A stretch of DNA of 62,094 nt, counting the filler, from Globobulimina sp. (Eukaryota), in NCBI GenBank assembly GCA_003354225.1. It is 27 parts of 27 records of this genome, joined end to end, with 100 filler letters (N's around TTAATTAATTAA, not from the genome) between each part and the next. Parts side by side here need not be neighbours in the genome. Positions count along the whole stretch, not along the records: positions 36,872 to 39,074 come from PIVH01008222.1; positions 39,175 to 41,377 come from PIVH01008223.1; positions 41,478 to 43,680 come from PIVH01008224.1; positions 43,781 to 45,982 come from PIVH01008225.1; positions 46,083 to 48,284 come from PIVH01008226.1; 22 more parts are not named here. The stretch is one strand, 5' to 3'. Positions within the stretch are counted from its first letter, which is position 1. Each line of letters starts with the position of its first letter. The notes under the pieces were generated by a model. The model searched no databases. It worked only from the letters and a program-made list of their open reading frames with translations, and had not been told where the DNA came from. Below are positions 36,872 through 48,384 of this stretch, one piece after another. Made by a program: the position numbers and the translations under genes.

Positions 36872-38742
36872 ACAGACACTGTTCGTTGGAATCGCAGATA
36901 AATACCACTGAAATGTCGCGACCGTAGTTTATAACTTCTATGTCTTGCATGGCTTTAATGCGCTGTACGGATTTATTATTTTCATCCCGTAATACATCTA
37001 AAACAGTTTTACATTGAATCCCATTCATATCGTTCATAGCGTTTATGATATCTGTCAATGTGATACATTTTATGCAATACTGACTGCAGAAAAACAACTG
37101 CGACAATTTTTCGTTATATTTGATAGAAATGATGTCATCGTCGCAGGTAAAGGACAAATTGATGACATTTATGTCATTCTCGTCAGAATTGAATATATTT
37201 CTGACGATATTCCAGTCGATATAATCGGTATTGATTTTACAACACAGACCTTTCATCAATATATTCAAAACCTGTCCATACGAATAAATATTCACTTGAT
37301 AGCAATACCCGTTGATATTGAACAAATGCAACATGCTAAACACGCACTGTTTATCTGTGCCGATCTGCAAGAAAGTGTACGTATTATCCCTCAGAAACTG
37401 CGTGGGGATATTCTCGCAGTATTTCAATTTGCTCCTCGCGCGGATAAAGTGCAACGAACGGATGGCGTCCAGCCATTTGGTCACATGCTGCGGCGACGGG
37501 CACTTAAAATGCCACGAAGTCAACTTATTGTTCTCTTTCTTCACCGTGATCATCAAATGGCTGATATCTGAGGGGATGACCTCCGTGGCGTTGATCAAAT
37601 CGATCACACCTTTTAATTCTGTCCGCGTGCCGTTGTAATAAGCCATTAAGCCGTCGATATACAGTATGACCCACCGCTTTTTGCTGCCTTTCAAGTATGA
37701 GCCCAATCGGATCATTGCGCCTTCCATTATGATGCGTCTATAGTTGCTATTGTTGCTGCTATGTCGCGTGCTGAAGACGGGCAAACTGCGCGGTGTGGAC
37801 GGCAACAATTTCCATAACGAGTTGCAGCGTTCGACTGCGTCGTGGCACTGTTTGCGGAGTACGTTCATTTGGACGGATAAGAGTTTCATGGATGAGATGG
37901 TTTTCTGCAATTGATTGGTGGTGTAATCGATGTCGATCATATTGGCGCGAGTGATGGCCAATTCTTCGTCCATTTCCTGGATACGAAAGGTGCAGCTAAC
38001 TTGGTTGCAATCCACTTTCACCGCCAAACTGGTGAAGTGTTCGCGGAGATGTTTGTACAATGCGTCCATGCCATCGGCTGGTAATTCTGTGTAGCATTGG
38101 TAGCCATGCACGGCATGGCAGTGTGCAAAACTTACTTCAGTGCTCAAAAAGAGGGTTTTCGAAAATGAAGTAGGTGCATTATATGCTTTTGTATGATGTT
38201 ATTAGGTGTTTATAGTTATATTTGTGTATTAAGTAACATTAACATCTTTTGTACATGTTTTTATTATATTATTATATGCGTATCCTTGCACAGCACATAC
38301 TTGGCGGTCGCAATGTGTTTGGATTGAAGGGCTGTTGTACGGAATCATCAGATTTGGTGATGTCAGACTTCATACTGCTTGTGTTGCTGTACGACGTGCC
38401 GATTATGGACGGTGTCAATAAAAACTGATTTTTGTGGAGGTTGCTGTGGGATTGATTTGAGTCTATATCATTTTCTCTGATTTCTCGATTGTTTGTATTG
38501 TCTGATAGTGAGATTTTGCGGTTAGGACCGATATTTGAGGCGGGGTTTGGGTTTGGGTTTGGGTTTGCATTGGATTGGAATGGATAACTTGTGGAGGGAC
38601 GTAACGGAACAGTTTTTGGGAGCTGTTTTAATTGACGTAGTTCTTCACAGTCATGGAGGTCTGCGTATTCTTTGTGTTGAACAGATACAATTATTGAGCC
38701 TTGTGGTTTGGTTATTTTTTGTTCGCTGTGTGTGTTGCCCAT
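36872..38742 (-). CDS. BORCS5/LOH12CR1-like N-terminus fused to a PH domain (intron 38186-38300), 3' partial
   Basis: MGNTHS myristoylation start, IIVSV..ELRQLKQLPKTVPL, VDCNQ..RIQEMD..KLLP..LPVFS, then PH domain EGAMIRLG..KKRWVIL..KWLDAI. Confidence 0.65.
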
Positions 38743-39174
38743 TGTAGCTCACAGCTAAAAGTGAGTAAGATTTATTAATTAGTTAATGAAGCGAAAAACA
38801 ACGAGAAATGAAAAGAAAAACAACGAGAAAAACAGAAAAGAGATTTCAATCAACGAAAAAAGTAGTAAATATAATTTTGGTGTAGTTTTTTTATGATAGT
38901 ATAGTATAATATTGAATTGGAAATATGTTTTACTTTAAACAAAAATCATTCTTTTAATATATCAAATCTATCGCAACTTCCATATTGAACATGATTCTCT
39001 TTTCCAATTTGTAATTTATATCCACATTTTAAAAATTTATCATTGTATTTCTTTATTAATAATCTTAATGATGANNNNNNNNNNNNNNNNNNNNNNNNNN
39101 NNNNNNNNNNNNNNNNNNTTAATTAATTAANNNNNNNNNNNNNNNNNNNNNNNNNNNNNNNNNNNNNNNNNNNN

Positions 39175-41317
39175 GTCAACGCAGATATATTTGCATTTGC
39201 TACTGTCACCAAGGCGCCATCGTATTGCTGTTGTATGTCATAAATAGTCCACGTATAAACTGCATTATCCCTGCCACCTAATCCCGTGCTGGAACGAGCA
39301 TCCAACACCAAATCATCACACCGGCCAATGGTCGACAGCACATTAGTAATAATAGTTGGTTTAGCAATATCCGACACGTTCGGAGTACTCACAGTTACAT
39401 GCAATTCGTCATTTGAATGCCAATTGCTTCCAGTTCCAGTCGCCGACCAACTGTATCTAAAAGCACCTGGCAACAGTACCAACGTATTGTTTACTAAATT
39501 AATAATTGCAGTGGACGGTAAATCTATTCTTAGATCATACTCAAGATTTGAACCCAAACTCCAGAAACAATTTGCATCATTACCGCCAATAATATCCATT
39601 GTATCTGCATCCAATACAGCACCACAATCATCTTGCAACGAAGTAGCATCTATTTCAACCTCCGCTGGCTCGTACACAATATCAACAAAAATAGATAAGA
39701 ATGTCTTCGACCACTCAGCGAGCGCACTAAAGTCATGACCTTCCGCTAGTTTTATGTATATATATATATTATATTATGAGACGTTTTTAAACAAAATAAA
39801 TGTATTCAACTCGGAGAAAGTGTCGGTTGCTCAGTGGGCGCAGCCGTCGGTGGATATGGATTATAATCCCCATTAATAAAAAACGATTTTGAATGTGTTG
39901 AAAACGCTCTGTTTCTGATCTGAATGCCATTAATAAAATACCTATTCGGTAGCTTAAACTGTGGATAATAACTCTCCAAATTAAAATGTATCAAAAACGA
40001 ATTATCATTCAATGTCGCGTTGATCATTCCATATTCATTCAACTCAATTCGTAATACATAGAATATACCCAATCCATACATACCAATCACACTCTCGTTC
40101 AATGTAATGTGGGCATCACACCATAACCTAATGCTAGTCTTGTTGTCATGCATTTGCATACCAATATAAATCATATGACTTTCTTCATTTTCATAATCAT
40201 AAATATTGAACCCCACAGCTGTAAAACCGCTCATCACGAACTCTTTTACAGCAAATATATGCTGTACAGACACTCTGTTCCATCCATTATCCGTCACATC
40301 CAAAACAATAACAGAATCTCGGTCTAATGCAGTGTTATTATTCAATAAATCACATCCGTTCCATAGCCAACTCCCAGAAACGATATTCCATTTGTTACGG
40401 AAACATAATTCTGATGGTAAATTGCAAACAAATGTTTCTTGACTTCGTGTGTAATCACAACCCACATCGTTCCATCCCCACTGCGAATAATCTGGCAGCT
40501 CCACACAATCTTCCTCCGCATATACGCCAGCGCCATTATCTGGATTTTTGTCCCCGTTGCCGGGGTTTGTCCAGGGATAGACGCCTCCGCTAACGTTGCT
40601 GCCATAGTCAAAAGTAGTATTATCTAAATATCTGAAGGTCCCTTCTGAGAGCACGTCGGTTAAACCAAAGCCACAGTATACGGTATCATATGACACCTCG
40701 CATAATGTCTTAATCATATTATAATCATCTTCGCTGTGAATGGATGCTAAGTCTGTATTGAATTGTTGTTGACAGTAACTCTGTGCTTGTGAGAAGGTGG
40801 AATGGTTATTGGGCAACGTTTCTTCGTTGATAGCAATATATTTGGTTAATATATTCCATTTACACTCATTGCAGAGAGATCTCTTTCGGTCGCTACATTG
40901 GGTGTCGTCCCATAAATAATTTGCGTCATATGACAACTGTCCACAATTTGCGAACGTTTTGGTTGGTTCATTAACTGTCCACGGCCATACGCCAGTAACT
41001 CCACTCTGAGTGATGTTATTGCCAAAATCAAATGGTGTAGTATCAATATACCAGAAATTGGGAATGTATACAAATCCAAACCAGACAGATTTTTGTGCGG
41101 CTGGCAAATAATTAAATGTGCTGTTTTGTATTATAAGGAGTGCTGCTAAATAATCTTCTGGAGAATGAAATGACGCCAAATCACTTTTACAATGCGATTG
41201 GCAAAATGTTTGTGCATCAAGGAAAGTTAATGAGTTTTCGTTTAAATAATAACTGTGAGTAATAACGATTATAAAACAGACAAGCCAATAAATCCGCTGC
41301 CATGTTCTTGAGAGCAT
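39175..41317 (-). CDS. Signal peptide, two C-type lectin domains and a REJ-like region; polycystin-1-like (intron 39746-39810), 3' partial
   Basis: AQTFCQ..DLASFHS..WDDTQC; AQSYCQ..LASIHS..EDCV..WNDVGC; PTAAPT linker; VLDARSSTGLGGR..YTWT. Confidence 0.8.
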
Positions 41318-41477
41318 TTCACCGTTTTTCCTGAGAAAATTTTATTGTACTGTACGTTTCTGGAATTGCAGTCAATANNNNNNNNNNNNNNNNNNNNNNN
41401 NNNNNNNNNNNNNNNNNNNNNTTAATTAATTAANNNNNNNNNNNNNNNNNNNNNNNNNNNNNNNNNNNNNNNNNNNN

Positions 41478-41685
41478 CAAACGGAAAAAATTGAATGATA
41501 ATAATGTGGAGAAAGTCAAAGCAGATAGCAAACCTTTAAAATTACGCAAAGCTTTATTAAAGAAAATATGCCCGCTCATGCGATTTGGATTGATGACTGC
41601 ATCTTATTTTGTGCAAAACGTTAAGAAGGAAAATTGTTTAACAACCGAAGAGATTGCAGCTGTTTTATGTCATATTCCTAACTAA
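41478..41685 (+). CDS. BTB-associated BACK-domain fragment
   Basis: ICPLMRFGLMTASYFVQNV..LTTEEI. Confidence 0.6.
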
Positions 41686-42947
41686 AAACAGGAATGTAAC
41701 AGTAGCGACATGTGCCCATTGTGGTAGGTGTAAAGTAAAAAAGATCCGCACAGTGCAGGTGGTCGCCAACTGTCTTATTGTCACTATGGTCATTACTATT
41801 GAAACAAGTATTTCCTGCATACAACAAAAACTAATCTCGCATTACTTTGAAATTATTTTAAAACATCTTCTTTTATAACAATATATCTGCAATTCATCGA
41901 AATTTAAAAAGAATATTGCGATTAGAAGGCCATCATCATCTTCTTTGCTTGTAATATATTCATCCAATTCAACAAATAAACGAACCTGTCTTTTACCATA
42001 TTTTTTTGATAAAACATGTATTAAGCTATTTTCATCCAAAATTGGTAGTTTGTCATCGATATCATTATCATCCACATCCTTGTTAGCATTTGTTTGTATT
42101 GATATTGGTGTTGTTGTTAAATCATTTGATTGCTGCTTTGTTGTGGCTATAATCTGGTTATCATTGGATTTATTTTCTGATTTGTCATTATCGTTTGATG
42201 GAGATAGATCTTTTGTTTTTTCAATGTTTATATCAGAATCTGATGACACAGATTGTCGATCCAAATCGATCACTATTTTTCTTATCATCTTCCAAATCGA
42301 TCACTATTTTTTTTATCACTTTATATCTGAGGGTTGCACCTGGACGAAAACCACCCATTACCATGGCATCGCCACCTAATTTGGCTTGTAATGCTGCTAC
42401 ACGAGATGTCATTTGTTATTTTACAGACATGTTTTCGAAATATCTCAAAAACTTTAATTAAATTTAAATACAAACAGTATAAAACATTAGGTGTTGTTCT
42501 TATATTGCGCAATATAAGTAACTGGATTATCTGATTATTAATTAGCTGCCATTGACATCAATTAATCTAATTTTGTTGCTGGAATTATACTTGTATACGT
42601 ATACGTAGTTGGTAGATATACAGACATAATGTAGTTAGAGAGATTAAACAAACGGGCACTATAATCTTGTGCTATTTTTATTACATAATAATATTCTATT
42701 TAATGTCTATCAGCAGAATCCCAGCAGCAACAACTATTTCATTTGGGGCAAATATGATCGGTTTTGTTAGCATTGCATGTTGCAGTGTTGAGGTATTTAG
42801 ATTTTTTGGAATCCACTGAAAATTAATGGTTTTCAAGAGAGATGGATACTTTCTTGCTGTTATAAATTTTAATACAGCAGTAACAGCACAAAAACCAGTC
42901 AGAAAACAACATTGAACACACAATAGTTATTATAATAGTTATTCACA

Positions 42948-43680
42948 TCATGATGAGCTGATTTGTTCCATGTCTATTTTACTATAACTTTTACTTTCTT
43001 TATTTCTCACACTATCCTTGTTCGGCAGGAAAGTGAGGAAACTACATTTAATACATTTTGGTATTGATACATAGCTCATATTGAATGAAAATACGACACA
43101 AATTGAATTAAACCACAAATCTGTAACAAAAACAAATCGGTTCATTCTACCCAATAAAAACAATAATGTTACCATCAATGATGAGAACGTAGAAAGTATT
43201 CCGAGTAAAGAAGTTTTCTGTACATATATATATATCAAATCTGTATATATCCAAAACAGATTAAACAAACAACAACTTAACAATTGCAAATCTCTTAAGA
43301 GTGATATCTTGTTTTACTGCGCCAAAAATCAATTTGAAAGCAAATAAACAAATTAAAATAAATACAATAATCGCATCCCAAAACATCGCAATACCGACAT
43401 GCAAATCAGAATTATCCTCTGCTGCATAGCAAAATCCATACTTGGGATGAAATTGTGGCCGACTTATTATATTTAAAATAATTCCCTGATACAAGAAATA
43501 TCCAAATATAAAAATCTCCATTGTAATAAATTGACAAAGATGCAATTTGAGTGTGGGAATGTCCGAAAATATAATATCTATCCGAAGTAAACAAAACTGA
43601 TAAAAACAGAATCGGGCTAAAGCAAGAAGTACAAGTTCTGGACGTTTCACAAAGTCACAAATGTTTTGTGATGGTTTGAT
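42948..43680 (-). pseudogene. Orphan 7TM-like gene split over two frames (frameshift or intron)
   Basis: Overlapping ORFs 43261-43650 and 42948-43289; LLRI after TM3; DLWFNSIC in the last helix. Confidence 0.5.
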
Positions 43681-43780
43681 NNNNNNNNNNNNNNNNNNNN
43701 NNNNNNNNNNNNNNNNNNNNNNNNTTAATTAATTAANNNNNNNNNNNNNNNNNNNNNNNNNNNNNNNNNNNNNNNNNNNN

Positions 43781-43872
43781 CACTGTGTCGCAACTGAGTC
43801 GTTAACCGACATACTGTGTCGCAACTGAGTCGTTAACCGACACACTGTGTCGCAACTGAGTCGTTAACCGAC
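43781..43872. repeat. 31-bp tandem repeat, 3 copies
   Basis: (C/T)ACTGTGTCGCAACTGAGTCGTTAACCGACA at 43781, 43812 and 43843. Confidence 0.97.
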
Positions 43873-43890
43873 CGACTGTTGGTGCGATGA

Positions 43891-44405
43891 CAATCTGTGT
43901 CGTAAATCAGCAATCTGTGTCATGAATCGACACTATGTGTCATAAATCGACAATCTGTGTCTTGAATAGACAATATGTGTCTTGAATAGACAATCTGTGT
44001 CGTAAATCGACAATCACTGTCATGAATCGACAATCTGTGTCTTGAATAGACAATCTGTGTCTTGAATAGACAATCTGTGTCTTAAATCGACAATCTGTGT
44101 CTTGAATAGACAATCTGTGTCTTCAATCGACAATCTGTGTCATAAATCGACAATCTCTGTCATGAATCGACAATCTGTGTCTTAAATCGACAATCTGTGT
44201 CTTGAATAGACAAACTTTGTCGTGAATCGACACTATGTGTCGGAAATCGACAAACTGTGTCGTGAATCGACACTATGTGTCGGAAATCGACTCTCTGTGT
44301 TGTGAATCGACAATTTGTGTCGTGAATCGGCGGCGATCTGTGTCATGAATCGACACCATGTGTCGTAAATCGACAATCTGTGTCATGAATCGACACTCTA
44401 TGTCG
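43891..44405. repeat. 20-bp minisatellite, about 25 copies
   Basis: Consensus CAATCTGTGTCNTRAATMGA, in register for 22 units and then shifted. Confidence 0.97.
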
Positions 44406-45180
44406 ATACAGTTTATTAGTGAGCAGGAAAGCTAACACTATTAATTTTTAATCTGCATATTCAGGCGCTTGCCGTACAATAAGTATCATAAAGTTATGAA
44501 AACTTCTTGGGAAACTACATATTTTGCCAACTTTCTATGGAAAACACAGAACTTTTTACATATACTTGCAAAATCCTATTAAAATCTTTCCAAACTAAGC
44601 ATTTTACACAACTTTTCTCGAAAACTTGTCAAATTTGGCAGCAATCTTTTGTAAAAGATTATGTTTTATCAATTTTCAGCAAGAATATCTTATGAATATG
44701 ACAAATTTGTTCATAAAACTCGTAAATTCCTGGTAACTCCCTTGCAAAACTAAATATTTTACACCACTTTTCACATAAAAGTTGGAAAAGTTTGAACATT
44801 TCGAAAAAATTTCAGTATATCTATGAAAAAGATTATGTTTTTATTAGCTTTTAGCAAGATTTCATTTCAAATAAGAGAAATTTTCTCAAAAATTCCCTAA
44901 TTTGCAGCAATCTTTTTAAAAAAATGTTATGTTTTATCAACTTTCAGCAAGATTTTATTCCAAATAAGAGAAATTTTTCAATAAAACTTGGAAAACCTTT
45001 TAAAAACAATGCACCTTTTTATATAAAACTCATAAAATCCTGCTAACTTTCTTGAAAACTACACAATTTGCAAACTTTATGTAAGAAATGTCATCACTTT
45101 TTTCAAAAACTTGGTAAATTTTACAATAATCTTTGAAAAATGCTTTGTTTCATCAACTTTCGGAAAGAATTTGTTGCAAG

Positions 45181-45982
45181 TAACATGATTTTTCTCATAT
45201 AACCTACAATAGATTGCAACTTTCTCTGCAAAACTAGACATTTTAACAATTTCTATTTAAAATTCGATCAAAAACTAGGTAAAATTTACAAATAACATGA
45301 TTTTTCTCATAAAACACGCAAAATCATGCGTACTTTCTCTGCAAAAATAGATATTTTTACAGTTTTTATTTAAAATTCGATCAAAAACTTGGTAATATTC
45401 ACAAATAACATGATTTTTCTCATAAAACACGCAAAGTCATGCAACTTTCTCTGCAAAAACTACACATTTTGGCAATTTTATTAAAAATTCGATTAAAAAC
45501 TTGTTAAATTTTACAACAATATTTGAAAAACGTTACGTTTCAGCAACTTTCAGAAAGAATTTGTTACAAATAGCTTGATTTTTCTCATAAAACATGGAAA
45601 ATATTACTATTTTCTCTGAACATTAACATATTTCACTAACTTTAGCAAGAATTTCGTGCAAAAGAGATGAAATTTTTGTTTGCGCCACCGATATTCACCA
45701 CTGCGCCACCAAAATACACCATTGCGCCACCGATATCCACCATTGCGCCACCAAAATACACCACTGCGCCACCGTCCGTCCAAATAAATGTCCGATTTTG
45801 CAGAGAAAGTTGCAAGATTTTGTGTGTTTTATGAGAAAAATCAAGTTATTTGTAAATTTTTCCAAGTTTCTGATTGAATTTTGAATAAAAATTGTAAAAA
45901 TGTGTAGTTTTGCAAGATTTTGTAGGTTTTATGAGAAAAATCATGTTATTTTCAACAAATCCTTTCCGAAAGTTGATGAAAC
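45181..45982. repeat. About 113-bp tandem units (3 copies) with an inverted copy, flanking a 21-bp repeat (5 copies)
   Basis: TAACATGATTTTTCTCATA at 45181, 45293 and 45406; inverted similarity from about 45796; TGCGCCACC at 45681, 45702, 45723, 45744 and 45765. Confidence 0.9.
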
Positions 45983-46307
45983 NNNNNNNNNNNNNNNNNN
46001 NNNNNNNNNNNNNNNNNNNNNNNNNNTTAATTAATTAANNNNNNNNNNNNNNNNNNNNNNNNNNNNNNNNNNNNNNNNNNNNATCTTTACAATTTTTTTT
46101 TATATTTTATTTTTTTTTACTGTTGAACGTTTTGCTTGATATGATATATCTATATAAACATCTATATTATTACCCTCATGAAATTATGGGACAAACAGTG
46201 TAATTACAATTGTAAGATCATCATTTCATTTGATTTATCATTAAATATATCTCTTTTGCTGCGTCCAACAACCTTCTTTATATCTTTTACTTACTTAACT
46301 AACTAAA

Positions 46308-47220
46308 ATGGCAGCACTTGGTTTACGAATGCGCTTGATTAATATGGTCAGATCTCGATTGATACGACCTGCTCAATTGAAACTTGTTTTGCCCAAATTC
46401 CAATCAAGAGTACAAATGGCATCATTTATTGCATGTACAGGTATCATGACAGCAACATTTGGAATTGGAACCAAACCAAAATCAAAATGTATGTTAATGG
46501 GGTTTACAACTTATAAATATAAATCTAAATAAATATATATTTTAATATGAATATCTAGTAAATAGTAATTGGAGCGCAGCCTGTCAGAGTCACAGTTATT
46601 CCAACGACGATTTCAAACTCGCTGAGAGTATTAATATCGCGAAACAAAAGATCTCTGCCCATTTTATGTTGGATTTATTTCGCAGAATGTATAAAAGCGG
46701 CGGTGATATAACACTAGATTTTATGCGACAAGTTTTTGAAACTGTTGGTATTGAGGACGATCGTATCGCGCCCCATTTATTTGCAATTATGGACCGAAAT
46801 CACGACGGTATCTTACAACACAATGAGATTATGGTTGTTTTTAGTTTATTTAGCTGCGGTTCAGACACTCAACGATTTAAATTCTTATTTCGTTGTCTGG
46901 ATTTAGATGGGAATGGCACTGTGGATAAGCACGAATTTAGAGCCACTTTGAGTGCCTTACTCGAAGCACAATATCATTTATCCGGTTTACACGATTTATT
47001 TGAGAAAGACGAATTATTTGCAAATATCTCCCCCAATGAATATCATACAGTCGCCAAGTACAAAGCAAATGGAATTGTCCGTGACATATTTATTGTTGCT
47101 GACACTAATCGCGATGAACAATTGTCATTAAAAGAATTTTTACATTGGTGCAGAACGGGCAGTAAATATGTCAAATTGTTGGAAAATGCACTAAAATGTG
47201 GTATAGCCGCCATACAATAA
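46308..47220 (+). CDS. Calcineurin-B/NCS-like EF-hand protein with N-terminal extension (intron 46489-46558)
   Basis: DRNHDGILQHNE, DLDGNGTVDKHE, DTNRDEQLSLKE; splicing gives a continuous frame. Confidence 0.85.
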
Positions 47221-47489
47221 AAATAATATTATATTTATGTAATGCCAATATACAGATATAAACATATTCTTTTTATTTTATTTTATTTATTTGTAATGTT
47301 GTGCGCTTAAATTCTTTTGTTTTCCATATTGTTTATTAAATTTATGCTGGAATATACTTATACACTTCTATTAATAATGTGCGACAATTTATGAAAACGA
47401 TCCATTTGATTATTCAGCCAATAATTAGATATCACAACATACAGTTTTTCAGTTCGAAGTATAGTTTTCAGTAGCTAGTCGTTTACATA

Positions 47490-47873
47490 ATGGCAGCTTT
47501 AATGTTACTTTCTTCCTTTGTAATATTTTTATCAGAATTTACTGCAAAAGCAGGCGTTCCCGGGGGATGGAGTAATGTCGAGAATACAAGGCAGGTTCAA
47601 GTATATGTTAATGAAATACAGGATGATATTCAAACATTATTAAATGACAATGGATATCATATTGCTGATGGATGTGACGTAAATGTAATATCCGCTCAGC
47701 AACAAGTTGTAGCTGGAATGAAATATAGAGCAGCAATTGAAATATGTGAAAACTATGCCGATATAAAATTCTTTGTCCCATTACCAAGTAACGAGAATGA
47801 ACCAAGACCAACAAATGTTGAAATTATTTCAAGCAGAGGAGAACATGCACATGTTCATAAATCCGGATTATAA
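47490..47873 (+). CDS. Secreted cystatin
   Basis: Signal peptide, PGGWS, QQVVAG. Confidence 0.9.
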   Translation: MAALMLLSSFVIFLSEFTAKAGVPGGWSNVENTRQVQVYVNEIQDDIQTLLNDNGYHIADGCDVNVISAQQQVVAGMKYRAAIEICENYADIKFFVPLPSNENEPRPTNVEIISSRGEHAHVHKSGL

Positions 47874-48384
47874 TCCATTAAATTCTTGAATGACACTCTC
47901 TTTTTAATCAATCCGATCCATCCTTCTGTTAATCTGTATAACAGTTCACCATTAACTATTAATTAAATTTAATTATTAATATAAACCATAATAACACTAG
48001 TCACAGTCTAAATTAAATGAAAGCTCCGTCGCTTCAACAACGATCAGCTTGACTTCAGTTTAGAGCCAGGATCATGGCATATCAATAAAGCACACTGAAC
48101 AATCACGTATAAAAAAGAAGCTCTCCAACGTTAACAGCGAACCAGTCAGTATTTATATGGCTAATGAACTACAAGAGTTCTTAAAATTACTCGGTAACAT
48201 AGTAATATGGATCTTTGAGTGGACGTTAAATCTCATTTGCTTCTGCTTATTGTTAGCATAATTATGTGCCATATGGCGAACATANNNNNNNNNNNNNNNN
48301 NNNNNNNNNNNNNNNNNNNNNNNNNNNNTTAATTAATTAANNNNNNNNNNNNNNNNNNNNNNNNNNNNNNNNNNNNNNNNNNNN

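Noticed and set aside
43781-44405. Possible CRISPR array
   Set aside because: Units are head to tail with no unique spacers, the period is 20 or 31 bp, and no cas genes are present.
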